Program-made: the position numbers and the translations under genes
From: Candidatus Latescibacterota bacterium
GTDB lineage: Bacteria > Latescibacterota > UBA2968 > UBA8231
Length of the DNA stretch: 64,000 nucleotides
Direction of reading: 5' to 3'
NCBI GenBank assembly: GCA_965242865.1
Contig: CBDETK010000013.1
Location: forward strand, 5,024,001-5,088,000
Shown here: in pieces, positions 48,848-58,365 of the stretch
Position numbering within the stretch: position 1 is the stretch's first letter
Layout: each line of letters starts with the position of its first letter
The notes under the pieces: model-generated
The model's input: the letters and a program-made list of their open reading frames with translations, nothing else
Told to the model about the DNA's origin: nothing
Databases searched by the model: none

Positions 48848-49741
48848 ATGAAGAAAATTCTCACCAGTGCCTTGGCCTCGTTGGGCCTTGTGGTTGCCGC
48901 CCAAGCCCACGAGCCTCCGGGCGAACTGTTGGTCGCCGTGAATTTTCCCGATGCCAACGTGCCGGTCATCGACGGCGATCCCAGCGAGTGGGCCCCGGTG
49001 CCCCTCGAGCAATACGGGATTCTCAGCGAGTCCTTGTTCTCAATTCACGGCTTTGCCGGCGAAAACGTCGACCGCGGCGGGCTAGACGCCAGCTCGATGC
49101 AAATCCGCCACATCGTCGGCTGGAACGACGCGACCAACAACGTGTACATCACCAGCCGCGTCTTCGACGACATTCACGTCACCCAGCGCCAAGACCCGGG
49201 CAAGTTCTTCTGGGATGACAGCGTCGAGTACGAGCTCAACGCGGCCCACCAAGCCCGCGACGACCTGAATCCCGGCGACGATGCGACCAGCTTCAGCTAC
49301 AAGTTCGCCTTCCCGGTATATCAGGAGACCTTTGAGTGGTATCGCCCGATTCTCAACCTGCCGTGGATGACCAGCGGCTCCCAGTATATCGAGATCGCCC
49401 ACAGCTTCTCGGGCGACGAGTTCGGCGAGAGCACGTACGACTACGAGCTCCGCATCCTGCCGATCGAGCGGATGCCGCGCTCGGACGAAGCCACCGAAGA
49501 CCAAGTGGAGATCCACGACCTGAGCGAGGGCGAGGTCATTCACATCACCCTGACGGTCAACGACGTCGATGGCGGCGACGGCGACGGCGACAACCGCATC
49601 GGCATGTGGAGCACCAATCCCATTTCGTGCTGCCACGCCGGCCAAGACTTGCTGCTCACGCCGGCCGATGCCAGCATTGACTGGGGTACGGGCACGTCGG
49701 TCGAGGCAAACAGCTGGGGTCGGATAAAGGCCCAGTTCTAG
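48848..49741 (+). CDS. Secreted CBM9/DOMON-like protein with C-terminal VEANSWGRIKAQF motif
   Basis: Signal peptide, PVIDGDPSEW, VGWND..VY..V.DD, WDDSVE, YELRI, VNDVD; GGAGG RBS. Confidence 0.65.
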   Translation: MKKILTSALASLGLVVAAQAHEPPGELLVAVNFPDANVPVIDGDPSEWAPVPLEQYGILSESLFSIHGFAGENVDRGGLDASSMQIRHIVGWNDATNNVYITSRVFDDIHVTQRQDPGKFFWDDSVEYELNAAHQARDDLNPGDDATSFSYKFAFPVYQETFEWYRPILNLPWMTSGSQYIEIAHSFSGDEFGESTYDYELRILPIERMPRSDEATEDQVEIHDLSEGEVIHITLTVNDVDGGDGDGDNRIGMWSTNPISCCHAGQDLLLTPADASIDWGTGTSVEANSWGRIKAQF

Positions 49742-49769
49742 GCCGGTTTCTCAATCGCAGTACCATTCC

Positions 49770-49811
49770 GGGCAGGTCTCGCCTAGGTGCGGGGCCTGCC
49801 CTTCTACTTTT
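49770..49811 (+). terminator. Stem-loop terminator or mRNA stabiliser
   Basis: GGGCAGGTCTCGC...GCGGGGCCTGCCC followed by TTCTACTTTT. Confidence 0.55.
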
Positions 49812-49821
49812 AGGAGGCACT

Positions 49822-50688
49822 ATGCCCACCCAAGAACAGGTCGATTTTTACCGCCAACACGGCTATCTCGTCGTCGAGGATGTGTTGCGCCCGGATGAGT
49901 TGGAGGAGGCTCACGCCATCGTCGATGACTTCGTCGAGCAGGCGCGGCACGTCTCCGAGCAGAGCGGGCACTTCGACCTAGAGCCGGGTCACACCCCGGA
50001 AAACCCCAAGGTGCGCCGCTTGAGCGCGCCGGCGAGCTATCACCCCTTCTTCGGCGGATTGATGCGCGACCGCCGCATCCTAGACCTTTTGACGCCCCTG
50101 ATCGGCCCGGCCATTCGCGCCCAAGGCGACAAGCTCAACATGAAGCCGGCCGATGGCGGCAGCCCGGTTGAGTGGCACCAAGACTTTGCCCATTATCCGC
50201 ACACCAACGACGATTTGTGCGCCGTAGGCATGGCCCTAGACGACGCCACCCCAGAAAATGGCTGCATGATGGTCGTGCCCGGCTCGCACCGCGGACCGAT
50301 TCTCGACCACCACCAAGACGGGCTCTTCATCGGGGCCATCAGCCCGGAGCGCGACCGGCTCGACCTGTCGGAGGCCGTGCCGCTGGCCATGAAAGCCGGT
50401 TCGCTTTCCATCCACCACGCCCGCACCTTGCACGGCTCGGCACTCAACCGCTCGGGCCGGTCCCGGCGGCTCTTGCTCTACCAGTACGCGGCCGTCGATG
50501 CTTGGCCGCTCAGCGGGGTGAGCGATTGGGACGCCTTTAACGCCCACATCCTGTGCGGCGACCCCACCTTTGATTTTCGCCTCGCGTCCATGACGGCTCG
50601 CACGCGCCTGCCGGCCGGGCCGCGCCGCGGCGGCGGCATCTACGAGCTGCAACAGCCGCTGCGCGAAAAGCTATTCGCCGCCCGCTAG
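49822..50688 (+). CDS. Phytanoyl-CoA dioxygenase (PhyH) family Fe(II)/2OG oxygenase
   Basis: GYLVVEDVL, WHQD (HxD), ENGCMMVVPGSH, HGSALNRS..R. Confidence 0.9.
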   Translation: MPTQEQVDFYRQHGYLVVEDVLRPDELEEAHAIVDDFVEQARHVSEQSGHFDLEPGHTPENPKVRRLSAPASYHPFFGGLMRDRRILDLLTPLIGPAIRAQGDKLNMKPADGGSPVEWHQDFAHYPHTNDDLCAVGMALDDATPENGCMMVVPGSHRGPILDHHQDGLFIGAISPERDRLDLSEAVPLAMKAGSLSIHHARTLHGSALNRSGRSRRLLLYQYAAVDAWPLSGVSDWDAFNAHILCGDPTFDFRLASMTARTRLPAGPRRGGGIYELQQPLREKLFAAR

Positions 50689-50693
50689 GAGCT

Positions 50694-51986
50694 GTGCCCG
50701 CACTCCTCCGCATCGGGATCGGGGCCGCGCTGGCCGTTGGGGCGTTCTGGAGCGTCCTCGCCATTCGCTGGTTCCCGGCCGAAGAGGTGCTGACCATGTG
50801 GGTGTATGGCTCGCCGCAAGAGGCCGAGCTGTACCGCCAGGTCGCGGCCGAGTATCGCCAGCAGCACCCGGAAGTTCGCCTGCGGTTGGAGGTGGTGCCC
50901 GGCCGCAGCGTCGTCCAAAAGCTGCTGACCGGCATGGACGCTGGGCACGCCCCGGATATCTGCGTATTGCACTGGCGACAGATGCCCCAAGTAGCGAGCA
51001 CCGGGCAGCTTTTGCCGCTCGACGACCGGGTGCGGCGCGACCGGCTCGACCCCGACGATTACTATCCGGTGGGCTTGCAAGCATACACGTACCACGGCAC
51101 CCTCTACGGCCTGCCGGTCAAAGGCAGCACCATTACCTGCTTTTACAACAAGGACCTCTTCGACCGCTACGGCGTTAGCTATCCGACCGACGCCTGGACC
51201 TTCGACGATCTCCTCGCCAAAGCCCAAGCCTTGACCATCGACGAGGACCAAGACGGCCTGCCGGATATTTATGGCTGCACCCCGTACGACATTGCCAGCT
51301 ACGTGTGGAGCATGGGCGGGGATTTCCTGCGCTGGGAAAACGGGCGCTACGTTTCCAACCTCGACGACCCGCGCGTAGCCCAAGCCGTGCAGTTTTACGT
51401 TGATCTCTACTTTAAGCACAAGGTCAGCCCGCCGCGCCCGGGCGTCCGCACGGACAACGCCATGAGCACCTTTACCTTTGAGGCCGGGCGGATCGCCATC
51501 GGCATCATGGGGCCGTGGATGCTACCGACCTTTCAGCTTTTGGACCGCTTCGAGTGGGACGCGGCGCTCTTTCCCCAAGGACCGGCGGGCCGGCAGACGC
51601 GCTACGCCAGCGTTGGTTTTACCATCTGGAAGGGCACGCGGGAGCCCGAAGTCGCTTGGGATGTACTCAAGTATATGGTCTCGGCCGAGGCGACGACCAA
51701 GATGGCCCAGTTGGGCAGCGATTTGCCGCCGCAGCGCTCGGTGGCCCGCCGGACTTATCCGCGCGCGTCAACGCCCTACGAGGAAGAAGTCTTTGTGCGC
51801 TCGATGGACTACGAGGTGCGGCTCTTTCCTCAAGAACTGTGGTGGGAAGACCTCTACCGCCGGATGCTCGACGAACTCGACGCCGCTCTGACTGGCCGCG
51901 AGAGCGTGGCCCAAGCCTTGGCCGAAGCTCACCGAGTAACCAATGCCTATCTGCAACGCATCTACGCCGAGGAAGGCGCGTCGTGA
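50694..51986 (+). CDS. Carbohydrate ABC transporter substrate-binding protein
   Basis: APDI, LLPLDD, LYGLP..FYNKDLFD..WTFDDL, F.AGRIA..GPW. Confidence 0.85.
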   Translation: MPALLRIGIGAALAVGAFWSVLAIRWFPAEEVLTMWVYGSPQEAELYRQVAAEYRQQHPEVRLRLEVVPGRSVVQKLLTGMDAGHAPDICVLHWRQMPQVASTGQLLPLDDRVRRDRLDPDDYYPVGLQAYTYHGTLYGLPVKGSTITCFYNKDLFDRYGVSYPTDAWTFDDLLAKAQALTIDEDQDGLPDIYGCTPYDIASYVWSMGGDFLRWENGRYVSNLDDPRVAQAVQFYVDLYFKHKVSPPRPGVRTDNAMSTFTFEAGRIAIGIMGPWMLPTFQLLDRFEWDAALFPQGPAGRQTRYASVGFTIWKGTREPEVAWDVLKYMVSAEATTKMAQLGSDLPPQRSVARRTYPRASTPYEEEVFVRSMDYEVRLFPQELWWEDLYRRMLDELDAALTGRESVAQALAEAHRVTNAYLQRIYAEEGAS

Positions 51987-52927
51987 GGCGTCAAAACAAA
52001 GCCGCCTTCTTCTTTCTGCTGCCCAATTTCGTCGGCTTTCTCATCTTTGCGCTGGGGCCGGTGGTGGTGGCCGCGGGCATGGGCTTTTACCGCTATCAAC
52101 TCGCCTCGGGCGCGCCCGTCTTCATCGGGCTAGACAACTTTGCCGAGCTGGTGCTCTTCAAAAGGGTGAACGGCGAGTGGGTGGCCCGCGACCCTTACTT
52201 TTGGAAGTACCTCGGCAACACGCTCTTTTTGATGCTCAACATCCCGCTCGCCATGGCCGGCTCCCTGCTCTTGGCCGTGCTCTTAAACCGAGACCTGCCC
52301 GGCCGCGTCTTCTTCCGCACCCTCTTCTTCATTCCCCATCTGTGTACGGGCATCGCCATTTACATGGTCTGGAAGATGCTGCTGACGTACGAGCCAAACG
52401 TCGGCATCGTCAACGGGCTTTTGTGGCAGGTTTTTGGGCTGTTGGGGATCGCGCCCGAGCGGGCCGCGGCGCTTTTGCCGGGGTGGCTCATCAGCGCGGC
52501 GTGGGCCAAGCCCGCGCTGATCGTCATGTTCGTCTGGGCCAGCGTCGGCGGCTACAACATGGTGCTCTACTTGGCCGGCTTGCAAAACATCCCGCCCGAG
52601 CTGTACGAGGCCGCTGAAATGGACGGGGCTGGCTGGTGGTCGCAGCTCGTCCACATCACCGTGCCCCAGCTCGCGCCCACGACGTTTTTCATCCTCGTCA
52701 CCAGCGTAATCGGCGGCCTGCAAGGCGGGTTTGAGGCCGCTTACGTAATGACCGGCGGCGGCCCCGAAGGCTCGACGACCACGGTGAGCTACTACATCTA
52801 CACTCAGGCGTACGAGCAGCTCGAAGTGGGGTACGCGGCCGCGATTTCAATGGTGCTTTTCGCGCTGATTTTCGCGGCGACCTTGCTCAACTGGCGCTAC
52901 GGCGGCAAGCGGCTGGAGGCCGTCTAA
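51983..52927 (+). CDS. Carbohydrate ABC transporter permease (MalF/UgpA-like)
   Basis: FIGLDNF, YLAGLQNIPPELYEAAEMDGA EAA loop, MTGGGP; GTG start overlaps the upstream stop. Confidence 0.9.
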   Translation: MRRQNKAAFFFLLPNFVGFLIFALGPVVVAAGMGFYRYQLASGAPVFIGLDNFAELVLFKRVNGEWVARDPYFWKYLGNTLFLMLNIPLAMAGSLLLAVLLNRDLPGRVFFRTLFFIPHLCTGIAIYMVWKMLLTYEPNVGIVNGLLWQVFGLLGIAPERAAALLPGWLISAAWAKPALIVMFVWASVGGYNMVLYLAGLQNIPPELYEAAEMDGAGWWSQLVHITVPQLAPTTFFILVTSVIGGLQGGFEAAYVMTGGGPEGSTTTVSYYIYTQAYEQLEVGYAAAISMVLFALIFAATLLNWRYGGKRLEAV

Positions 52928-52933
52928 CGTCTA

Positions 52934-53836
52934 ATGGTGCGCGGGCGTCCATACCAATCGACCGCTGTCATCTATGCGATTTTGCTCCTCGTGCTCAGCG
53001 GCATGGTGGTGCCGCTGGTGTGGACTTTGCTCACCTCCTTCAAGTACAACGTCGATGTGACGCTCGGGTGGCTTCCGCCGCGCTGGACAGCGGACAACTA
53101 CGCCGGCGTGTTCCGCGCCTTTTCCTTCCTCCGCTACTACGCCAATTCCCTGCTCATCGCCACCGCCGTCACCGCGGTCCAAGTCGCCACGAGTGCGCTG
53201 GCGGCATACGCGTTTGCCCGCTTGCGGTTTCGGGGCCGCGACGTGCTCTTTCTCGGCTATCTATCGACGATGATGATTCCGGCCGATGTGCTGATGATCC
53301 CGCAATTCGTGCTGATGAAGCAAATTCCCCACTGGCTCAACGCCGCGTTCGCGACCGATTTCTTCAGCGGCTTTCTCTACTGGGGGGAGCACTACATCGG
53401 CCATCCGGTGGGGCTGGACAGCTTTTTCGCGCTCATCGCCCCAGGGTGCTTTAGCGCTTATGGGACGTTCATGCTGCGGCAGTTTTTGCTGGGCATTTCG
53501 CGCGAGATCGAGGAGGCCGCGCTCATCGACGGATGCTCGGCGTGGGGCGTGTTTTGGCACGTGGTGGTGCCGCTGGCCAAGCCGGCGCTGGGGGCGCTGG
53601 CGATTTTTACCTTCCTCGGGCGGTGGCGGGCTTTTCTCTGGCCGCTGATCGTCACGGATTCGGATTCCATGATGGTGCTGCCGGTGGGGTTGGCCAAGCT
53701 GTCGGACTTATATGTCAACGACTACGGGCTGATTTGCGCCGGGTCGATGCTGATGCTCGTGCCAATGATCGCGGTTTTCGTCTTTTTTCAGCGGTGGTTT
53801 ATCAGCGGGATTCAGCTAGGGGCGGTGAAGGGGTAG
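52934..53836 (+). CDS. Carbohydrate ABC transporter permease (MalG/UgpE-like)
   Basis: AAYAFARLRFRGR, EIEEAALIDG, FQRWFISGI..GAVKG. Confidence 0.9.
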   Translation: MVRGRPYQSTAVIYAILLLVLSGMVVPLVWTLLTSFKYNVDVTLGWLPPRWTADNYAGVFRAFSFLRYYANSLLIATAVTAVQVATSALAAYAFARLRFRGRDVLFLGYLSTMMIPADVLMIPQFVLMKQIPHWLNAAFATDFFSGFLYWGEHYIGHPVGLDSFFALIAPGCFSAYGTFMLRQFLLGISREIEEAALIDGCSAWGVFWHVVVPLAKPALGALAIFTFLGRWRAFLWPLIVTDSDSMMVLPVGLAKLSDLYVNDYGLICAGSMLMLVPMIAVFVFFQRWFISGIQLGAVKG

Positions 53837-54095
53837 CCGACCGAGTTCTCGGCGCAGAAGGAGACAACGCCCGGTGCTGGGCGCGGTTGATCGCCGCGAG
53901 AAGGCGGCGGGCGTTTTTGGGCGATCGGAGGAGGTGAGCGGTCTCGAGGAGGCTGGCTAATTCGTCGGCGGAAACCAGCGCGACGTCTTCGGCATTGCGC
54001 CGCCGTATAATCACTGGCTCGCGGGTAGAGGCGACTTCGTCACAGAGCGATGCGAGTTCGGCTCTGGCCTGAGTATAGGTCGCAACGGTGGTCAT
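53802..54095 (-). CDS. yefM: Phd/YefM family antitoxin, orphan
   Basis: TYTQARAELASLCDEV..PVIIRRR..L.ETAHLLRSPKNARRL; no toxin follows and the tail runs into the convergent permease gene. Confidence 0.8.
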   Translation of the reverse strand: MTTVATYTQARAELASLCDEVASTREPVIIRRRNAEDVALVSADELASLLETAHLLRSPKNARRLLAAINRAQHRALSPSAPRTRSATPSPPLAESR

Positions 54096-54185
54096 TTGAT
54101 TTGACGCTCCTTTTTAAGGGACATGAGCTCCCAGCTCGCCGAGGATGGAGGGCGCGACGCCCTCCATCCCAGACGCATTGGTCGT

Positions 54186-54725
54186 CTATTGCCGGTAATT
54201 GTACAGCGCACCGCCGTCAAACATCGTATTGCCGTTGACGGATTTTTCCGGGATTGGGCGTTGGTTCACGTCCCAGTGTTCTACAATCACGCCATCCACG
54301 AGCCGGAAGAAGTCGGCCGTGGCGCCGGAGCCCGGGGCCCAGTCGTTGCCGCGGTCCTGCTCGCTGGCTGTGTAGTGCGAATGCACGACGACCAGATCGC
54401 CCTCGGCGACGACGCGCTTCACGTCGGCGTGGATTTCGGGAAATTGCTCGAACATCCCGGCAAAGTACGCCTTCAAGCCGTCGCGGCCGTTGGGTTCACC
54501 CGGATTATGGGCGATCCAATCGGCCGCCATGATCTCATCCAGCACGTCCAACTTGCGTTCATTGATCACTTCCTGCATGTAGCGCAAGACAATGGCTCGG
54601 TTCAGGTCCTCCTGCGAGGGGGCGGCCGGCTCGAGCTCTTGCGAACCCCAAGCCGCCAAGAAACTCAGCGCGAGTGCCGCCAACGCCACTTTGACGCCGT
54701 TTCCAGCTTTGGTGAAAAGGTACAT
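54186..54725 (-). CDS. Exported SnoaL/NTF2-like protein
   Basis: Signal-like N-terminus; NRAIV..HNP..GRDG..VAEGDLVVVH..DFFRLVDGVIVEHWD. Confidence 0.8.
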   Translation of the reverse strand: MYLFTKAGNGVKVALAALALSFLAAWGSQELEPAAPSQEDLNRAIVLRYMQEVINERKLDVLDEIMAADWIAHNPGEPNGRDGLKAYFAGMFEQFPEIHADVKRVVAEGDLVVVHSHYTASEQDRGNDWAPGSGATADFFRLVDGVIVEHWDVNQRPIPEKSVNGNTMFDGGALYNYRQ

Positions 54726-54835
54726 CTCTGCCTCCTGTGTTTGGAATGTGAACGCTTGGACAAAGCCCGCCGCGTTTTGACAGGGTTTGTAAGCGTGTAT
54801 AGTCTAAATAGGAATAGCGATTCACAAAACAGCGC

Positions 54836-56566
54836 ATGAGCCTCAATCCCTTCAAACCGTTTGCCTCGTACCTCCGCCCCTATCGCTGGGCCTTGGCCGG
54901 CGGCTTGGCTTTTTTGCTGGGCGAACAGCTCGTCTCCGTCTCGATCCCCCTCGTCCTAGAACGCGCCATTGACCACGCCGAAGTTAGCTTGGATCGAGCC
55001 GCCCTCGCGTACTACGCCGCCCTCATCGTCGGCTTGGGCTTGGCGCAGTGGGGCATGGCCTTTGGCATGCGCTGGCACTTGGCCGCCACCTCCTATCGCG
55101 TCGAGCGCGACATCCGCCAGCGTTATTTCGCCCACCTGCTCACCTTGCCCTTGGGCTATTTTCAACAGGCCCGCACCGGCGATCTAATGGCGCGGGCGAC
55201 CAACGATGTCGAGGCCGTGCAACGCTGCCTCAGCCACGGCTTCCGCATGTTCCTGAGCGCTCTGCTCGGCTTCAGCTTGAGCATGGTGGCCATGGGCCTG
55301 TACGACTGGCAACTGACCCTGTACGCGCTGTTGCCCATGCCCGTTATGACCGCGACCCTGCGCGTGGTCGGCGGCAAGGTGCGCACGCGCTATCGCTTGG
55401 TGCAAGAACAATTTGCCGCCATCAGCACCTGCTTGCAGGAAAACCTCGCGGGCATGCGCGTGGTCAAGGCGTTTGCCCGGCACCGCAACGAGATTGACCG
55501 CTTCACCCGCCTCAACGACGAGTACGTCGAGCGCAATCGCCGCCTGATTTACATCTACAGCACGTTTTTCCCCTTCACCTTCCTCATCAGCGGCCTGTCC
55601 ATGGTGTTCATCCTGTGGCTGGGCGGTATCCGCGTCGTCGAAGGGACGCTCACCTTGGGGGCCTTTGTCGCCTTCAACGCCTACTTGATCCGCATGAGCC
55701 GCCCGATGATGATGATGGGCCGCATCGTCGATGAGTACCAGCGCGCCATGGCTTCCATGCGGCGCATTGAGGCCGTGCTCAAAGAACGCCCTCAAGCGAG
55801 CCTGCCCCCAGCCGCCGACTTGGCGATCCAAGGCGAAATCGAGTTCCGCCGCGCCTCCTTTGCTTATAATGGCCAAGCCGTGCTGCGCGACATAGACATT
55901 CGCGTGCCGGCCGGCAGCACCCTCGCCATCGTCGGTCGGGTCGGGTCGGGCAAGAGCACGCTGGCCCGGCTCATCCCCCGGCTCATCCAAGCCGGCGAGG
56001 GCCAAGTTTTTATCGACGGCAAACCCATTGAACAGATACCCCTACACGCCTTCCGCGACGCCATCGGCTACGTGCCGCAGGACACCTTTCTCTTTTCCGA
56101 AAGCATCCGCGCCAACATCGCCCTCGACTTGGCCGCTCCCGACGAGGTCGAGCGCGCCATTGAGGTGGCTCAACTGGCCGCGGACCTCAAAACCTTTCCC
56201 CAAGGGCTGGAAACCATCGTCGGCGAGCGCGGCGTCACCCTGTCGGGCGGGCAGAAGCAGCGCACGGCCTTGGCGCGGTCAGTCGTGCGACACCCGAAAA
56301 TCCTCATTCTCGACGACGCGCTGGCCAGCGTCGATACCCGCACCGAAGAGCAAATCCTCAAGCGTCTGCGGGCCGTCATGGCCGAGCGCACCACCATCCT
56401 CATCGCCCATCGCATCTCCACGGTCATGGGCGCGGACCACATCGTCGTGCTCGACCAAGGGCGCATTGTCGAAGAGGGCACTCACGACCAATTGCTCGCC
56501 CGCGATGGCCTGTACGCGGAAACCTATCGCCGGCAGCACCTCACCGAGGAATTGAGCGACCTCTAA
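54836..56566 (+). CDS. ABC exporter TMD+NBD subunit 1 (MdlA/YheI-like)
   Basis: GDLMARATND, GRVGSGKST, LSGGQKQR, degenerate Walker B ILILDD. Confidence 0.9.
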   Translation: MSLNPFKPFASYLRPYRWALAGGLAFLLGEQLVSVSIPLVLERAIDHAEVSLDRAALAYYAALIVGLGLAQWGMAFGMRWHLAATSYRVERDIRQRYFAHLLTLPLGYFQQARTGDLMARATNDVEAVQRCLSHGFRMFLSALLGFSLSMVAMGLYDWQLTLYALLPMPVMTATLRVVGGKVRTRYRLVQEQFAAISTCLQENLAGMRVVKAFARHRNEIDRFTRLNDEYVERNRRLIYIYSTFFPFTFLISGLSMVFILWLGGIRVVEGTLTLGAFVAFNAYLIRMSRPMMMMGRIVDEYQRAMASMRRIEAVLKERPQASLPPAADLAIQGEIEFRRASFAYNGQAVLRDIDIRVPAGSTLAIVGRVGSGKSTLARLIPRLIQAGEGQVFIDGKPIEQIPLHAFRDAIGYVPQDTFLFSESIRANIALDLAAPDEVERAIEVAQLAADLKTFPQGLETIVGERGVTLSGGQKQRTALARSVVRHPKILILDDALASVDTRTEEQILKRLRAVMAERTTILIAHRISTVMGADHIVVLDQGRIVEEGTHDQLLARDGLYAETYRRQHLTEELSDL

Positions 56567-58353
56567 TGCCGCCGACTCGCCGCGACGAACCGGAAATCGA
56601 CAAAAAGTCCATTGACCTCGGCCTAGTGGCGCGGCTGTTGGGGTTCTTGCGGCCCTACTGGCCTTGGGCGGCCTCGACGTTGGTGCTCATCCTCGCGGCC
56701 TCGCTGGCGCGTCAGGCCGGTCCCGTGCTGACCAAAATAGCCGTTGACGACCACATCGTGCCCGGGGATCTGGACGGCCTCGGCACCCTCGTCTTGCTTT
56801 TTGCCGCGCTGTTAGTCGCTCAATTCGCCATGGGCTACACCCAGAGCTGGATCACCAGCATGGTCGGTCAGTGGACTATGCGCGATGTGCGCTTGAACAT
56901 CTTCACCTGCCTCCAGCACCTGCCGCTCAAATTTTTCGATCGCACCCCCATCGGCCGGCTGATGGCGCGCAATACCAGCGATGTGGATGCGCTCAACGAA
57001 TTTTTCACGTACGGCGCGGTCTCGCTGGTGACCGAATCCGTCACCATCGCCTCTATTCTGTTTTACATCTTTTTCTATCTCGATGTGGAGTTGGGCCTGC
57101 TCACCTGCGCCTTTTTGCCCGTGGCCTTTGCCGCCACCCTGTGGCTGCAAAACCGCACCTACCAGGCCTTCCGCCAAGCCCGCACCCGCTTTGCCCGCTT
57201 CAGCGCGGACTTACAGGAAACCCTGTCGGGCATAGAGGTCGTAAAGCTGTTCAACTGCGAGCCGCGCAGCACCCGCCGCTTCAACGAGGGCACGGACGAG
57301 TACCTCGACGCGCGCTTGGTCCGCACCTTGTACCATTCGGCGTACTTCCCCTTTATGGAACTGTGCGGTGCCGCGCTGATGGCGCTGGTGCTGTGGTACG
57401 GCGTGGGCCAAGTGTTGCGCGCAGAAATTGCGTGGGGCGTTTTGGTGGCCATGCTGCAATACGTGCCCCGCTTCTTCATGCCCATCCGCAACCTCGCCGA
57501 GGAGTACGCCACCGTGCAGGTGGCCATGGCCTCGTCCGAGCGCATCTTTGAGCTGCTCGACGCCGCGCCCGAGCCAAGCGGCGGTCCCGTGCGCCGAGCG
57601 CGCATGGCCGGGGCCATCGAGTTCCGCCGCGTTTGGTTTGCGTACGAAGGGAAAGAGTGGGTCCTGCGCGACGTTTCCTTTTGCGCCGCGCCGGGCCAGA
57701 GCTTGGCCTTAGTCGGGGCCACCGGCTCGGGCAAGACCACCATCGTCAGCTTGTTGTGCCGCTTTTACGAGATTCAGCGCGGGCAGATTTTGGTTGATGG
57801 CATTGACATCCGCGAGTGGAACGTGGAAGCGTTGCGGCGGCGGTTTGGCTTGGTGCAGCAAGAAGTCTTTCTCTTTGCCGGCGATATTGCCAGCAACATC
57901 CGGCTCGGAGCGCCCGAGCTGTCGGGCGAGGCGGTCGCTCAGGCGGCGCGCTATGTCAACGCCGACCGCTTTATCGACCGCCTGCCCAACACCTACCGCC
58001 ACGAGGTGCAGGAGCGCGGCACAGCCCTGTCGGCCGGTCAGCGCCAGTTGTTGTCCTTTGCCCGCGCCCTAGCGGCGGACCCGGATATTTTGGTGCTGGA
58101 CGAAGCCACGGCCCACATCGACACCGAGACCGAAGGCTGGATTCGGGAGGCCGTTGAAAAACTGATGCGCGACCGCACTTCCATCGTCATTGCCCATCGC
58201 CTCTCCACCATCCGCCGCGCCGACAAAATCCTCGTGCTCCACCGCGGCCAGTTGCGCGAAGAGGGCCGCCACGAAGAGCTCCTAGCCCGAGGCGGCATCT
58301 ACGCCCGCCTGCATCAACTGCAATACGACGAGTGCGCCGATTTGACGAGATAG
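56566..58353 (+). CDS. ABC exporter TMD+NBD subunit 2 (MdlB/YheH-like)
   Basis: GATGSGKTT, LSAGQRQ, ILVLDEAT; TAATG coupling to subunit 1. Confidence 0.9.
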   Translation: MPPTRRDEPEIDKKSIDLGLVARLLGFLRPYWPWAASTLVLILAASLARQAGPVLTKIAVDDHIVPGDLDGLGTLVLLFAALLVAQFAMGYTQSWITSMVGQWTMRDVRLNIFTCLQHLPLKFFDRTPIGRLMARNTSDVDALNEFFTYGAVSLVTESVTIASILFYIFFYLDVELGLLTCAFLPVAFAATLWLQNRTYQAFRQARTRFARFSADLQETLSGIEVVKLFNCEPRSTRRFNEGTDEYLDARLVRTLYHSAYFPFMELCGAALMALVLWYGVGQVLRAEIAWGVLVAMLQYVPRFFMPIRNLAEEYATVQVAMASSERIFELLDAAPEPSGGPVRRARMAGAIEFRRVWFAYEGKEWVLRDVSFCAAPGQSLALVGATGSGKTTIVSLLCRFYEIQRGQILVDGIDIREWNVEALRRRFGLVQQEVFLFAGDIASNIRLGAPELSGEAVAQAARYVNADRFIDRLPNTYRHEVQERGTALSAGQRQLLSFARALAADPDILVLDEATAHIDTETEGWIREAVEKLMRDRTSIVIAHRLSTIRRADKILVLHRGQLREEGRHEELLARGGIYARLHQLQYDECADLTR

Positions 58354-58365
58354 TCGCTTTAGGGG

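Noticed and set aside
51515-51982. Long N-terminal extensions predicted for several ORFs (51515, 61935, 19094, 48767, 4655, 17374)
   Set aside because: They overlap upstream genes or precede better RBS-supported starts, so starts were moved downstream.
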